Of a stretch of 64,000 bases of DNA, positions 39,067-50,100 are shown piece after piece. The stretch is from the NCBI GenBank assembly GCA_028534125.1, contig CM052816.1, forward strand, positions 97,526,001-97,590,000. Reading direction: 5' to 3'. Within the stretch, counting starts at the first letter, position 1. Each line of letters opens with the position of its first letter. This DNA comes from Lama glama. Its lineage: Eukaryota. The notes under the pieces were generated by a model. That model saw nothing but the letters and a program-made list of their open reading frames with translations, made no database searches and had not been told where the DNA came from. A program made the translations under genes and the position numbers.

Positions 39067-40789
39067 CTTTCATGGTCCTCTGGCTGCCTACCTTCCCAAG
39101 GCATAGCCAAAGTGCCTTGTAGCCCTCTTGCCTGGTCTGTCCACCCTGGTCGCACCGCCAGCTTCCCACATTCAGACTTGACCAGATGAGGGTCAGGCAT
39201 CAGCTTCTGCCTCCAAAATGGGGAGTGGACACAAGCTCAGCTCTTCGCTTGTTTCCCTGTGCTGCATTTGAATAGGATGGGCTCTGAGAACCCATGGTTC
39301 AGCAAGCATGCGGCTGGGTTGAGGTGCCATCCTCCCTTTTTGCAAGCACCCCTCCCCATCTCTCTCTAGGCTGGAGGTGCTGTTTGGCAGGTGAGAAAAC
39401 GGCTGCTACTTCTCTACAACTGTAGAAAAATTCCTTCCTCTTAGCCTTGGTCTTCCCTGAGACGGCTATTGAGGATGGAGGTCATGAGAACAGGTTCACC
39501 ATCTCTGGACCATTCTTCTGCTCTTTTGAGGATGTCCCCATGCCTGTCTTTGACCAAAATTCAGGACAGCAAGGAAACTTTCATTCTACATTCAGTTAGT
39601 TTATAAGGGTAGAGTTTTTCCATCATGAAAGTTAGACAGCACAGAGATTCTGCAGGCTCACTGTGGAGGGCCCTGAAGGCATTTACTGCGGGAGGCTGAA
39701 CCTTACTCCCTTCGCCTTGTTTTCCTACAGCCCAGTTTCTTCATTTGATTACTTTAATCTGTTGCATCATGATTTTACATTGAAACACGGTGGAATTTAA
39801 GCAGGTACACACACAAGACCACTAAATATCACTTGCTGACTTCATAAGGCAGAACTACAGAGTGCTGGTGTCACCGCCCGGACTTCACAGGCAGAGGACC
39901 GGAGGTAAGATTAGTTTCGGTGAGTTAGCGACTAGTGAGTGACTGGCCGGAAACACACACACTGTCTAGCTGTGGCGTATGCTCCCTAAGCTGAACACTG
40001 TACTGTAAACATCGTGTAAAGGAACAATAAACATGACAGGCCCTTGAGGCTTCCCCTGACTCAGCTCGGGCAGGATTGCTGTGCAATCTGTCCCTGTGGC
40101 TTATTTCAAAGTAGCTTAGATACCCTTAAAAGTGTAGGTTAGCTTTCCTGTTGGGAACTCTAGCAGAGATGAAGCTGAATCTTTGAACAGTCTCTCTGGA
40201 ATCCATGGCCCTTTGTCCTTCCTAAGAGAGGCTAGGAGCTTTGTGGCAGAGCTTACCAAATGAGGCGCTCCAACGCAGAACAACGTGGGCTCACTCCTGG
40301 GCACACTGTTGGGATGCTGTGTGGCCAGCATGGTCAGAGTTATTTTTATTGTCACAGGCTCCATGATGAAGAGAGACAACTTTTAGCAATACTCTCTTCC
40401 TGCAAGACCTGCCTGATTTTACATGTGTTGGGCAGAAGCTGAAAACGGGAAAAATAAAATGTACTTGGTGTCTCCTAATTATTTTGGCAAGAAAGTGAGA
40501 ATAGGTTTTGCCTGATCCTGCTCTCCTCCTCACTCTGTCTCTGAGAACAAAGTTCTACTCGATTAAAAAAAAAAGAATTAACAATCAGTTCCAGCCTGTT
40601 GCACAAAATAAATGTAAAAAAAAATTGACATATGTGAGTTTTCTGACTGTCTGGGAAGGTGGGAGGAACATTTTTGTGGAAGTCAGGAAATCTAGGTTTC
40701 AATACAGCTTCTTCTGCTAACAGATGATGCCTTTAACTTCATTGCTTTGAAACTGAAATTCTCATCTGCAAAGTTGAGATGCTTAATTT

Positions 40790-41830
40790 TCTTTACAACC
40801 CTTTTATTTGAAAAATGTCAACCTCCCAGAAAAGTTGCAACAATAGTAAATACCATGAGCCATTTAGTCCCACTCACTTAGATTCACTGACTACTTCTGC
40901 CTGGTTCTCCCTTTTGTGTAATTAACCAAGAAGATGATGATTACAATGATGTATAACCATTGGCATTAATTTGACAGTCAGTTGGAGACACCGGGCCCTT
41001 TTAGGCCTAAATAAAAACTTCTCTAAACAACGTCTTCCAAAACCAAAACACGGTTATCCAAGTCAGAAAGTTTACACTGACGCCGTGATGCGATATGATT
41101 CACACTCCATTCTGAAATGTCCCAACAGTGTAGACTGCAGCCCTATTTCCTGTGGATTAGCTCATCATGCCTCCTTGGTCTCCTCTGGTCTGGGACATTT
41201 CCTCCTGCTCCTTTGTCTTTTGTGACCCTGACCTTCTTGAATTGTAGAGCTGAAGTTTGGGTGTTTCACCACCAACTGCCTTTGTTCCTCGTTAGTGTAA
41301 CATATATTTGATGGAGGTTTGTTTATTCAAACCATCAATTTTATTTGTTTTGGTTCTGTCATGTAACAAAATAAAATTTGAGTGACATGGAATAGTAAGA
41401 AAAAAATGGTTTCCTTACGTTCAGATTCGGGTGTGCATTTTGGGCCGGGAGATCTTGGGCATGAGGGTGCGTCTCTCTTGGTGCCTCATTCGGGAGGCTG
41501 AAGCCAACACGTCTGGTTGGCAGTGACACCCACTTTGATGACTTGGTTGAAGAGGTGGCCCTTGGGTTCTTCCCTACTTTTTCTTTTGTGTGAGTAATAA
41601 GTAATCTCTGGGGAGATACTCAAGGCTGAGCATACATCCTTTTTCCTCAACAAACTTTCATCAACAACTTTAGCTCTGTGGTGGCTCATGCAGTCAGCGC
41701 CGTAATGGCTGCAATATGCTGATTTTTTATCCTCCTTTCTACGTTTACATATTGACTTTCTGCTATAGGTAGACGTTCATCCTGCCCGCTAACTGTGCGT
41801 CTTTATTTTTTGCCACTATGGACTTGAAAC
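40790..41830 (-). mobile_element. L1MC4/5-type 3' end
   Basis: ttttatttgaaaaatgtcaacctcccagaaaagttgcaacaatagta...tttgtcttttgtgaccctgaccttcttgaa...actttgatgacttggttgaag...gtaatctctggggagatact. Confidence 0.7.
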
Positions 41831-43834
41831 ACTTTTTTGAAACACTTTTTTGGCACAGACTGAACTAATAACATCAATGGACTGTCTCCCTGGGGAAAAA
41901 AATGCGCATAAAGGCCACTGCCGAAGTGTATGTGTTTTCCAGACGCTCAGGGATACCTGAAGTCCATTCGTGGCCCAAGCCCTCAGGTAATTTTAGACAT
42001 TTGTATAATGATATTTCTGGCTCTAAAACGTAGTGATGCTTCTGCACCTGTTGAAATTATTTGCAAGGAAGCAGATGGTGAGCCTCCTAAAATGAGTGTG
42101 ACAGGTGCTCTCACATTTCCTCAGTTAGCAAATCGCTTCTTGGAAAGCAGGTTATTTTGGTGTCTTGTGAATGCACTGCACAAGTACTTTCAATTACACC
42201 CGAAAAGCCATATAGCTTCCCTTCGACACTCAGAAAGCTCGGTAAGCCCTCCCCCGGCTCCTCCTCCCTCAGCCTTCAGGCCCCTGGTCTTGGAGGTGAC
42301 ACCTGCTCTGCTGAGTCCGTGAGATGCACGGTGTAGCTCGGCGCATCTTCCCAGCTCATTCTCAGCCTGTTGCTGGGGAGGATGGCGGGAAGAGACACTC
42401 CACAGACTGTCACACGTTTCATCCCAAAGGAGGGGAAAGGTCAGTGCTGGGAACTGACTGGTTTAGCTTCAGGCTCTGGGACACGCAGACCAGAGTTCCA
42501 GACCCAGATCTGCCACCCAGGCCTGAATGTGCTGCTAATCAGTCTTACATCTCAGTTCACTCACCCGCGCAGTGGGGACTGTGATCGGATCTCTGCGCTG
42601 GTGGTGGCAGGTAGCACGCTTTTGATGGATGGCATCCCCAGAGCCCCTGTCCTGGGGCCTCTTGCTCTGGTTGGAACTGCACATCCTGTCTCAGCCACTC
42701 AGCCAGACCCTGGTTGTTCCGGGAAGGTAGACTTGGCCTCTGTCCCTGGTCTAAGCCCTCTGTCACTGGTGGGTCATTCTGGGCTCACATTGAATAAGTC
42801 AAGGTCTGGGCCTCAGCCCTTCGAATTCAGTGCCTCTCAGCTTTGCAGACTGATACCTAGTGATCTGAAGAAAGACTCTAAATCCACACTAATTTGTCCA
42901 ACCCAGAGGAGCAGAAGTGACTCCCTAGACCAAGGGTCAGAGAGAGCAGCCTCATGGCCATGGAAGGGAAGAGACAGGGGTGAGGGGGAAGCTGGCAGTG
43001 CCTTGGAGCCTCAGCCAAGCTGCTATGAGCTCACTTCATTCATTCATTTACTCATCCCTGCCTCCCTTTATTCCATCATCAAGCGTTCACTCAGAGACAC
43101 CATGCCCAAGAGATGTGAAGTACCAGCTCAGCTTCTTGTATCAAGGAAGACACATCTACTGCTTTGTTGATAGGATCTTAAATATCTTACTGATTTCTAG
43201 GAGGAAAGCTCCTTGAACCTCTACCAATGTCAGTAAAGTTGTGGGAGTGGGATTTCTAGAAATGCCTATTTAATCATTTATCTCTATTCTACTCATTTAT
43301 TTTTTCCAGCAAAGATGATTTTTGGGTGATCATCATATTATCTTTACTAGTATAATATCAATAGTAGATATTTCTGCTACCCATGCTTTCTTTCATTGGC
43401 AGAAATTCTCTGCTTCCCTGATAGAGTAAAATGAGAAAAAAAAATGGAAAGACAGATGGATGTAACCAGGTGAGGATGGGTAAGAGAGTAAGTGCCAATA
43501 TGCCTTTAGAAGTAAATGACTTATTCAAGAATATGTCCTTAGTTAGCAGATAGCACACGAGGTCTCTAATACATCTGGACTCAGCATGAATTAAAGACTA
43601 TGGAGGTGGGCCTCATTGCAGTCTGGAAATGGGGAAGAACAGCTTAAAATTTATTCTCCGCTCAGCAACAGTTAATTTTAATTTTTCCTAGGGCCTTCAA
43701 TCCTTGAAATGTTAAGAAACAAACGTCATCATGTCTGAAGAAATACAGAATCACGTAGGATTCATGTCATTCTCTAAGAATCGGTGTGTTTAACAGCAGG
43801 TGGAAAGAAAGGCGCTTTTGTTGAAGGAAGTGGT

Positions 43835-43909
43835 GGGGATGGGGTGGGGCGTAGGGGATGGCGATGGGGTGGGAGGGGGTAGCAGTGGGGGAGGGGGTGG
43901 GAGTGAGGG
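43835..43909 (+). other. G-quadruplex-capable G-tract cluster
   Basis: 11 runs of 3-5 G within 75 bp, with loops of 1-8 nt. Confidence 0.75.
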
Positions 43910-44279
43910 TATTGAAAGAACTCTGGACCTGGAGTTAGCATCTGGCTTTGCAACTTGCTGATAGCACACCCTTAAATGGAGCTAAAAGGTCTTTTACTGC
44001 ATGGGCGAGTTGTAAAAATCAGATGAAGTGATGCAGAAGGTTTATATAAACTGTAATGTGACGGACAGATATAGCATGCTTCAGGAAGGGCTCCTAAGCT
44101 GAGAAGGAGCCCCATATGATCACCATCTGGAGAGGAGGGCCTCTGCTTCATGTGCGCACGAGGTGGAGAACCCTGAAAGGCAGCCTCTGCGAACACTTCC
44201 GTGTGACTCAGGCCCTTGTTCTGGGGAGCTTGACAGATTCAAATGCTTCTTTGAGATAATTGAATAAAACTGGCATTTA

Positions 44280-44620
44280 ACCACTAGTTTACCAATCAGT
44301 AAGCATGACACGAATGCTAACTATGCGTCCGAGCACCAGGCTGGGTCCCCGGGGCCAGAAACGAAAGGCACAGTCCTTGAGCTGCAGACTTGCAGTGTCT
44401 GGTGGGAGGGACAGGCCACAGGGAAGGGTGACACGCACAGCAGTGTGAATGGTGGCAGCAGATCTGGGTGGGTGGGGGGGGGACTCAGGAAGGTGCCCTG
44501 AGGTGGTGAAGCTGGAACCCAGACAGGATCTGCAAGGGGAAGAAGTGTGTGGGGGGTGGGGAGGGCACGCTGAGAGGGGCGGAGGGGAGAGGACGGGGTC
44601 AGCGTGGGGTCCGGGTTTGG
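44280..44620 (-). mobile_element. L2 remnant, host of the MER39-like LTR
   Basis: actatgcgtccgagcaccaggctgggt...aaggcacagtccttgagctgc...tcaggaaggtgccctgaggtggtga. L2-like sequence appears to resume after 46433. Confidence 0.6.
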
Positions 44621-45130
44621 ACTGCGATTCCGGGCGGCAAAGCACAAGCATGCTGGCTGGAATGGCCTGAGAGCTCCCCCGGCCTCGACTGCGCTTCGCC
44701 TCTGCCCGGCCCTCCTGACCCCAGCCCCCGGCTCCCCTTCCCCCGCAGCGCTTCCTTCGGAAGACTTACCGTGGGGATCCCTCTTCCTGCCCCTTTGACG
44801 TGTGGGTCTTCTCTCAGCCTCTTGCCAGTTTTGCAGCCCAGGAAATGTCTCCCTCAAGGAACTGGGGGCCACCTTCAAAATGTGACCGTCGTGGAGGACA
44901 GACCCCCATGTCCCAGTCTCTGTGGGAGGGCGGGAGCCTAACTTAGACACGCAGAACCCAGCGACCGCGGGCTTAATCGTGTTGACTCTCCCCCCCACGG
45001 TGTCTTGCATGACTTTTCCACTAGCTCACCTGGTGCTTAAAAACTCTCTCACCTTTGTTTCGGTGGAATTGGGTTCCAGCTCTCCCCTGACATCAAGTAG
45101 AGAAGACTCTCTCCCCTAGTCCGGTAGCCT

Positions 45131-46380
45131 TTTATTGTTGTTGTTGTTGTTGTTGTTGTTATTATTATTATTATTATTACTACTACTACTACTGAATTAC
45201 AGTCAGTTTACAATGTTGTGTCAATTTCTGGTGCACAGCATAATGCTTCAGTCATCCACATACATATGTACATTCCTTTTCATATTCTTGTTCGTTATAG
45301 GTTACTACAAGATATTGAATGTAGTTCCCTGAGCTATACAGTATAAACTTGTTGTTTATCTATTTTATATATAGTAGTTAATGTCTGCAAATCTCAAACT
45401 CCCAGTTTATCCCTTCCCACCCTCTTTCCCCCTGGTAACCGTAAGTTTGTTTTCTATGCCTGTGAGTTGACTTCTGTTTTATAAATAAGTTCATTTGTCT
45501 TTTGTTTAGATTCCACATATAAGTGATATCGTATGGTATTTTTCTTTCTCTTTTCTGGCTTACTTTNNNNNNNNNNNNNNNNNNNNNNNNNNNNNNNNNN
45601 NNNNNNNNNNNNNNNNNNNNNNNNNNNNNNNNNNNNNNNNNNNNNNNNNNNNNNNNNNNNNNNNNNNNNNNNNNNNNNNNNNNNNNNNNNNNNNNNNNNN
45701 NNNNNNNNNNNNNNNNNNNNNNNNNNNNNNNNNNNNNNNNNNNNNNNNNNNNNNNNNNNNNNTTTCAANNNNNNNNNNNNNNNNNNNNNNNNNNNNNNNN
45801 NNNNNNNNNNNNNNNNNNNNNNNNNNNNNNNNNNNNNNNNNNNNNNNNNNNNNNNNNNNNNNNNNNNNNNNNNNNNNNNNNNNNNNNNNNNNNNNNNNNN
45901 NNNCAATATAAATCTTAGCAATGTTCTCCTAGGGCAGTCTACCCAGGCAATAGAAATAAAAGCAAAAAGCAAAAATAAACAAATGGAACCTAATTAAACT
46001 TATAGGCTTTTGCACAGCAAAGGAAACCATAAGCAAAAAAAAAAGACAACCATTGGGATGGGAGAAAATATTTGCAAAAGATGAGGCTGAGAAGGGCTTA
46101 ATTTCCAGATTATATAAACATTTCATACAACTTAACAACAAAAAAACCCCAGCCCAATCCAAACCCTGGCAGAAGACCTAAACAAGCAGTTCTCCAATGA
46201 AGACATACAAATGGCCAATAGGCACATGAAAAAATGCTCAGTATCGCTCATTATCAGAGAGATGCAAATCAAACTGCACACCAGTCAGAATGGCCATTGT
46301 TAAAAGGTCCACAAAGGATAACGCTGGAGAGACTGTGGAGCAATGGGAACCCTCCTACACTGCCGGTGGGAATGTCGTTT
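45131..46380 (-). mobile_element. Young L1, minus strand, with 5' portion inverted; junction hidden by gaps
   Basis: 45131-45566 is the antisense tail and 3'UTR. 45904-46380 is sense ORF2 (aaacaaatggaacctaattaaacttataggcttttgcacagcaaaggaaacc...gaacctcctacactgccggtgggaatgt). Confidence 0.85.
45567..45903. other. Assembly gaps (N 45567-45762 and 45769-45903)
   Basis: Two N runs separated by tttcaa. Confidence 0.99.
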
Positions 46381-48334
46381 TGAATAAAACCTTCCCTTGC
46401 TTGTGTAACTGTGCAATCTGTCTTTTACGAGACAGGCACAGAGGAATGAGAACAGAGGGCTAGAACAAAGATGGATGAGCTGTGGCTCTGTGGCTGTAGA
46501 GCTGCTTGGATTCTGAACTGCGTTCTAGCTGCATGTCCTGGGGTCGGTGCTTCCCAAGCTGCTGAGGATTGCTCAGCTGTATCTGCCTGGCTGAGGGGCA
46601 GCCTCATATGAATGAAATACCCACCACATAATTCACAATAAACAACCACCCTGAAATAAACCACCACAACCTAGCAGTGCATGACTCAGAGAGCTAGAGA
46701 AGAGAGCGTTTCCAATGAAGCCAGTTGGCATTGGCTTTAAGGAAAAATGCCTTCTCGCTTTTAGACACTGATGGATTGGGGCCTCTGCTCTGGAACCTGG
46801 CCGAGGGACCTCAGAGGAGGGGAGAGAGCAGGAATAGGAACTGGGAAGGAGAACAGAGAGCGTGTGTCACAAGGAAAGAATTATGTGTTGGTCTCATTAA
46901 TCATTTCTGCATTCCGCATGGTGTCCCTCAGTGAAGGAGCTGGAACTCCATTCCTGCTTCTCTTCATCTGTGGACCATGGCACCCAGGAGCAGTTAATTG
47001 AGTCGACCTGCTGACGGCTGGCAGGCCACCTTGAACTTTCCAGTCATGTCAGATTCCAAGTCGCCAGTGCCTTGTAATGGAATTTTCCCTGATTCAACAT
47101 GAGAGGGACGCCAACTAGCCTTGATGTTCCTGAGTGACACTGCTGGGTGGCTGTGTGGTTTTGACAGGCTTCCTTTGGCAACTCACTGTCCTTATGACCT
47201 TGACACCCATTGGCCTTCTTTGATTTATATCTGCTCATTCATATGCACCAGTGGTTTTAAATCCAAGTGATCTTCACCAGTGTGCTGGTATTTAAAATTC
47301 AACCCATCTAGCCCGAGGTTCATCATAAAATGAGACCCAGCTGGGACTGCAGGCAGCTTTTTCTTTCCTGCTGCTGGTCGCATTTTTGCTCTTCCAGATG
47401 AGAAACTGAAGGAATAGTATCTCCCAATAATTCCTACTCAGAATTTATTTTCTCAGCTGTAGCTCCTAATGCTGTGGATTATCTGAATCTTTTTCTTTTT
47501 CCTTTCCTTTCTGGCTACCTCCAAAATCATATTCTGTGTTCTCAAGTTATAAACTGAAAGTTCTCCCCAGTTATTACTTGAAAATGTGTGGGCACTTGGG
47601 GAGAACAAAAGGTTCCCTCATGCCGGAGGGACAGCTTTCAGCCCTCAGCAGAGCAGTAATGTACTAAGTGAGTCCTTAATAACTTCACTGGGTCCCCAGT
47701 CTGCCAAAGAAACCCGTGAACCTATGTTTAAAAAAGACCTCACTTTAAATATGGCATCAATGCGCCCCCAGATTGTCACTTTTGAATATCAACTTTCCTA
47801 CACAAGAAAGTCTTGGTGCTTGTGAACCAGGCTTATAGAGTTTATGAGTTTAATACCAAACTACCATTAAATTGTTGTATAGTCAAAGATGGATGCCATA
47901 GGCCGCAGGAATGGATGTAGGTTTTGACATGGGGTCTAACTTTATTCCTCAACACTCAAGCAATGCGGGTAGAAGTCAGCGATTTTTAAAAATGCCCGTG
48001 TATTCACAAAATTTAACCTTAATTTGTTTCATTTAATAGATTTGAACACATTGAAGGAGAGTCCATCATCATGTCCGTAAACATTTTTCTTAAATATTAG
48101 ATCTCGAAGTAGAAAGTAGTCATAAACCAGTGGGTCAGTGGCTCCATGTGGAAACATTAAATAAAAGTATTAACTTTAATGTCATCCAATTTTTAAGTGT
48201 GGAGTAGGAAATAAGCTTGAGGAGTCGAACCGTAAAGCTCCTGGCTTGCAAACAGGTGCGTGCTCTAACTTCGCAGGAGCGGAAGGGTTTGGTGGATTCA
48301 TCTTCTACCTCCCACTCCCTCCCCACATGATGAT

Positions 48335-48450
48335 TTTCAGGAAAACCTCACTACCTCGTTTTTGTTAGTCTTATCATCAGGAAGTTCTTCCTTATGTCTA
48401 ATCCTTATGCATTCTGTTTCATTTCAGCATTGTGGGACCTATTTTAGCTG
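48335..48450 (-). mobile_element. L3/CR1 remnant
   Basis: catcaggaagttcttccttatgtctaatcct resembles the antisense CR1 3' core. Confidence 0.55.
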
Positions 48451-48468
48451 GTAAGCAAGTAAGACATC

Positions 48469-48854
48469 TGACTTAGCCGGTTCGGGCTGCACAACAAAAG
48501 GCCGTGGACTCAGGGGCTTACATAGCAGCCATCACCCTTCTCACCGCTCTGCAGGCTGGGAGCAGCACGGCCAGGTTCTGGTGGGGGCTCCCTCCCGCCT
48601 TGCAGACAGCAGCCTCCTCACCGTGTGCTCACATGGACTGTCTGCGGTGCGTGAGGATGGGTGGAGACCAGGAGACCACACTCTGGAGTCTCTCCTTGTG
48701 GTGCCTTCCTGTAAGGGCGCCAATCCCATTAGACAGGAGGCCCATCCTCGTGACCTCACCTAACTCAGTTATCTTTCAGAGACCCCAAATCCACATCACC
48801 AGCTGAGACGTCAACATGTGAGCTTGGAAGAGCACAAACATTCAGTCCATAACA
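48469..48854 (-). mobile_element. MLT1A-like MaLR solo LTR
   Basis: gggctgcacaacaaaa...tgtaagggcgccaatcccatt...atcctcgtgacctcacctaac...cacaaacattcagtccataaca. 5-bp TSD acatc/gcatc. Confidence 0.85.
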
Positions 48855-49049
48855 GCATCCTTTCTCATGCTTTCCTTTCTTTGGGTTTCATAATTTTGAA
48901 ATTCTAAGCACTTCAGGAGAGTTCTTCTATGTTATTTTAAGAAATCATCAATACCTGCCTCTTAGCACTGGGTAGTTCGTCCTCGTTTTTCTGAACACGT
49001 GACACTACATAACTATAATACACACGTGTACAAATACATATGTGTGCAT

Positions 49050-50100
49050 GTGTGCCAAGTGTCTAACTAGCATCTGGGAAAAATAAGAAACTTGTGTTCA
49101 TACTTCACCGTTTATATCAAAATAAACTCCAGGTAAAAGTAAGAATTACATTGTAAAAGTTAAAACTTAAAAATACTAGAAGAGAACACAGAAATTTTAC
49201 TAATAACCTCAGAGTAGGAGAGACATTCTAAGCAAAATCCAAAACTCAGATCACAAGAACAAATGTTACTTTGTTTGTATAAAAAATGAAAGTTTATTGC
49301 ATGGCAAAATAAATACCAGAAATAAAGTCAAAACAAAACAATAAACTAGGAAAATATTCAGAACATGTATCACAGATAAAGAGCTAAGATTTTTAAGACA
49401 TAAATAGCTTTCATTAATCAGCATTAACAAAGAAAAAACAATAGAGAAACAGATTCAGACAGAGAAAACAAATTTATGGTTACCAGGAGAGAAAGAGGAT
49501 GGGAAGGGATAAATTGGGAGTTCAGGATTTGCAGATACAATTATATATAAAACAGATGAACAAGTTTCTACTGCGTAGCCCAGAGAACTATACTCAATAT
49601 CTCATAGTAACCTATAATGGAAAAGGATATGAAAAGAAAAATAATAGAAAAATGGGCAATAAATGTGAAGAGCTGTTTTAAAAAATATAAAAGGAAACTC
49701 AACATTGCTTATTAAAAATACAATAAAACCTAAATGACACCATTTTCAATATTAGATTATCAAAAAAAGAAAATTAAGTTGGACAAGTGTTGGCAAAAGT
49801 GTTGGAGAAATCCAGTCTTCCATGTCATGGTTGAAGCATTCTTTAGTGTTCCTTCTTTGAAGAGTAATAGGTCAGTATTACCAAAATTTAAAAAGCACAT
49901 ATCCTTTGATTTGGCGATTATCTGATGGGAGGTTATCCCTCAGACACACAAGTGCAGGAAAGGACGCAAGTCCAGGGGAGTGCCCTGGGGCATTGTTTGG
50001 TGTTGTGAAGCCCTGGAATCAATACCTCCCTGGGTCAGCAAATTACGCTTATGGAACGAAACACCGTGTAACTTCACAATAATGAGGGAGGCTTCTTTTT
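49050..50100 (+). mobile_element. L1ME ORF2 3' remnant containing a young L1 3'UTR insert (~49445-49635)
   Basis: tacttcaccgtttatatcaaaataaactccagg...actagaagagaacacag...aagtgttggcaaaagtgttggagaaa...gcacatatcctttga. Confidence 0.75.

Larger units (their letters stand above)
44623..46429 (+). mobile_element. MER39-like ERV1 solo LTR split by an L1 insertion (LTR parts 44623-45130 and 46381-46429)
   Basis: cagcctcttgccagttttgcagcccagg...tcccagtctctgtgggagggcgggagcctaactt...acttttccactagctcacc...cttaaaaactctc, resuming at tgaataaaaccttcccttgc. Flanks ggac/agac fit a 4-bp TSD with one mismatch. Confidence 0.8.

Noticed and set aside
42370-43170. Longest ORF (266 aa)
   Set aside because: Non-ATG start, runs through MIR-like (~42440-42600) and L2-like (~43030-43140) remnants, and has no recognisable domain.
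44321-45010. 229-aa minus-strand ORF and overlapping ORFs
   Set aside because: Lies entirely in GC-shifted L2/MER39 sequence, where stop codons are scarce by composition.
45135-45997. Poly-Leu ORF and X-containing ORFs
   Set aside because: Artefacts of a triplet microsatellite and N gaps.
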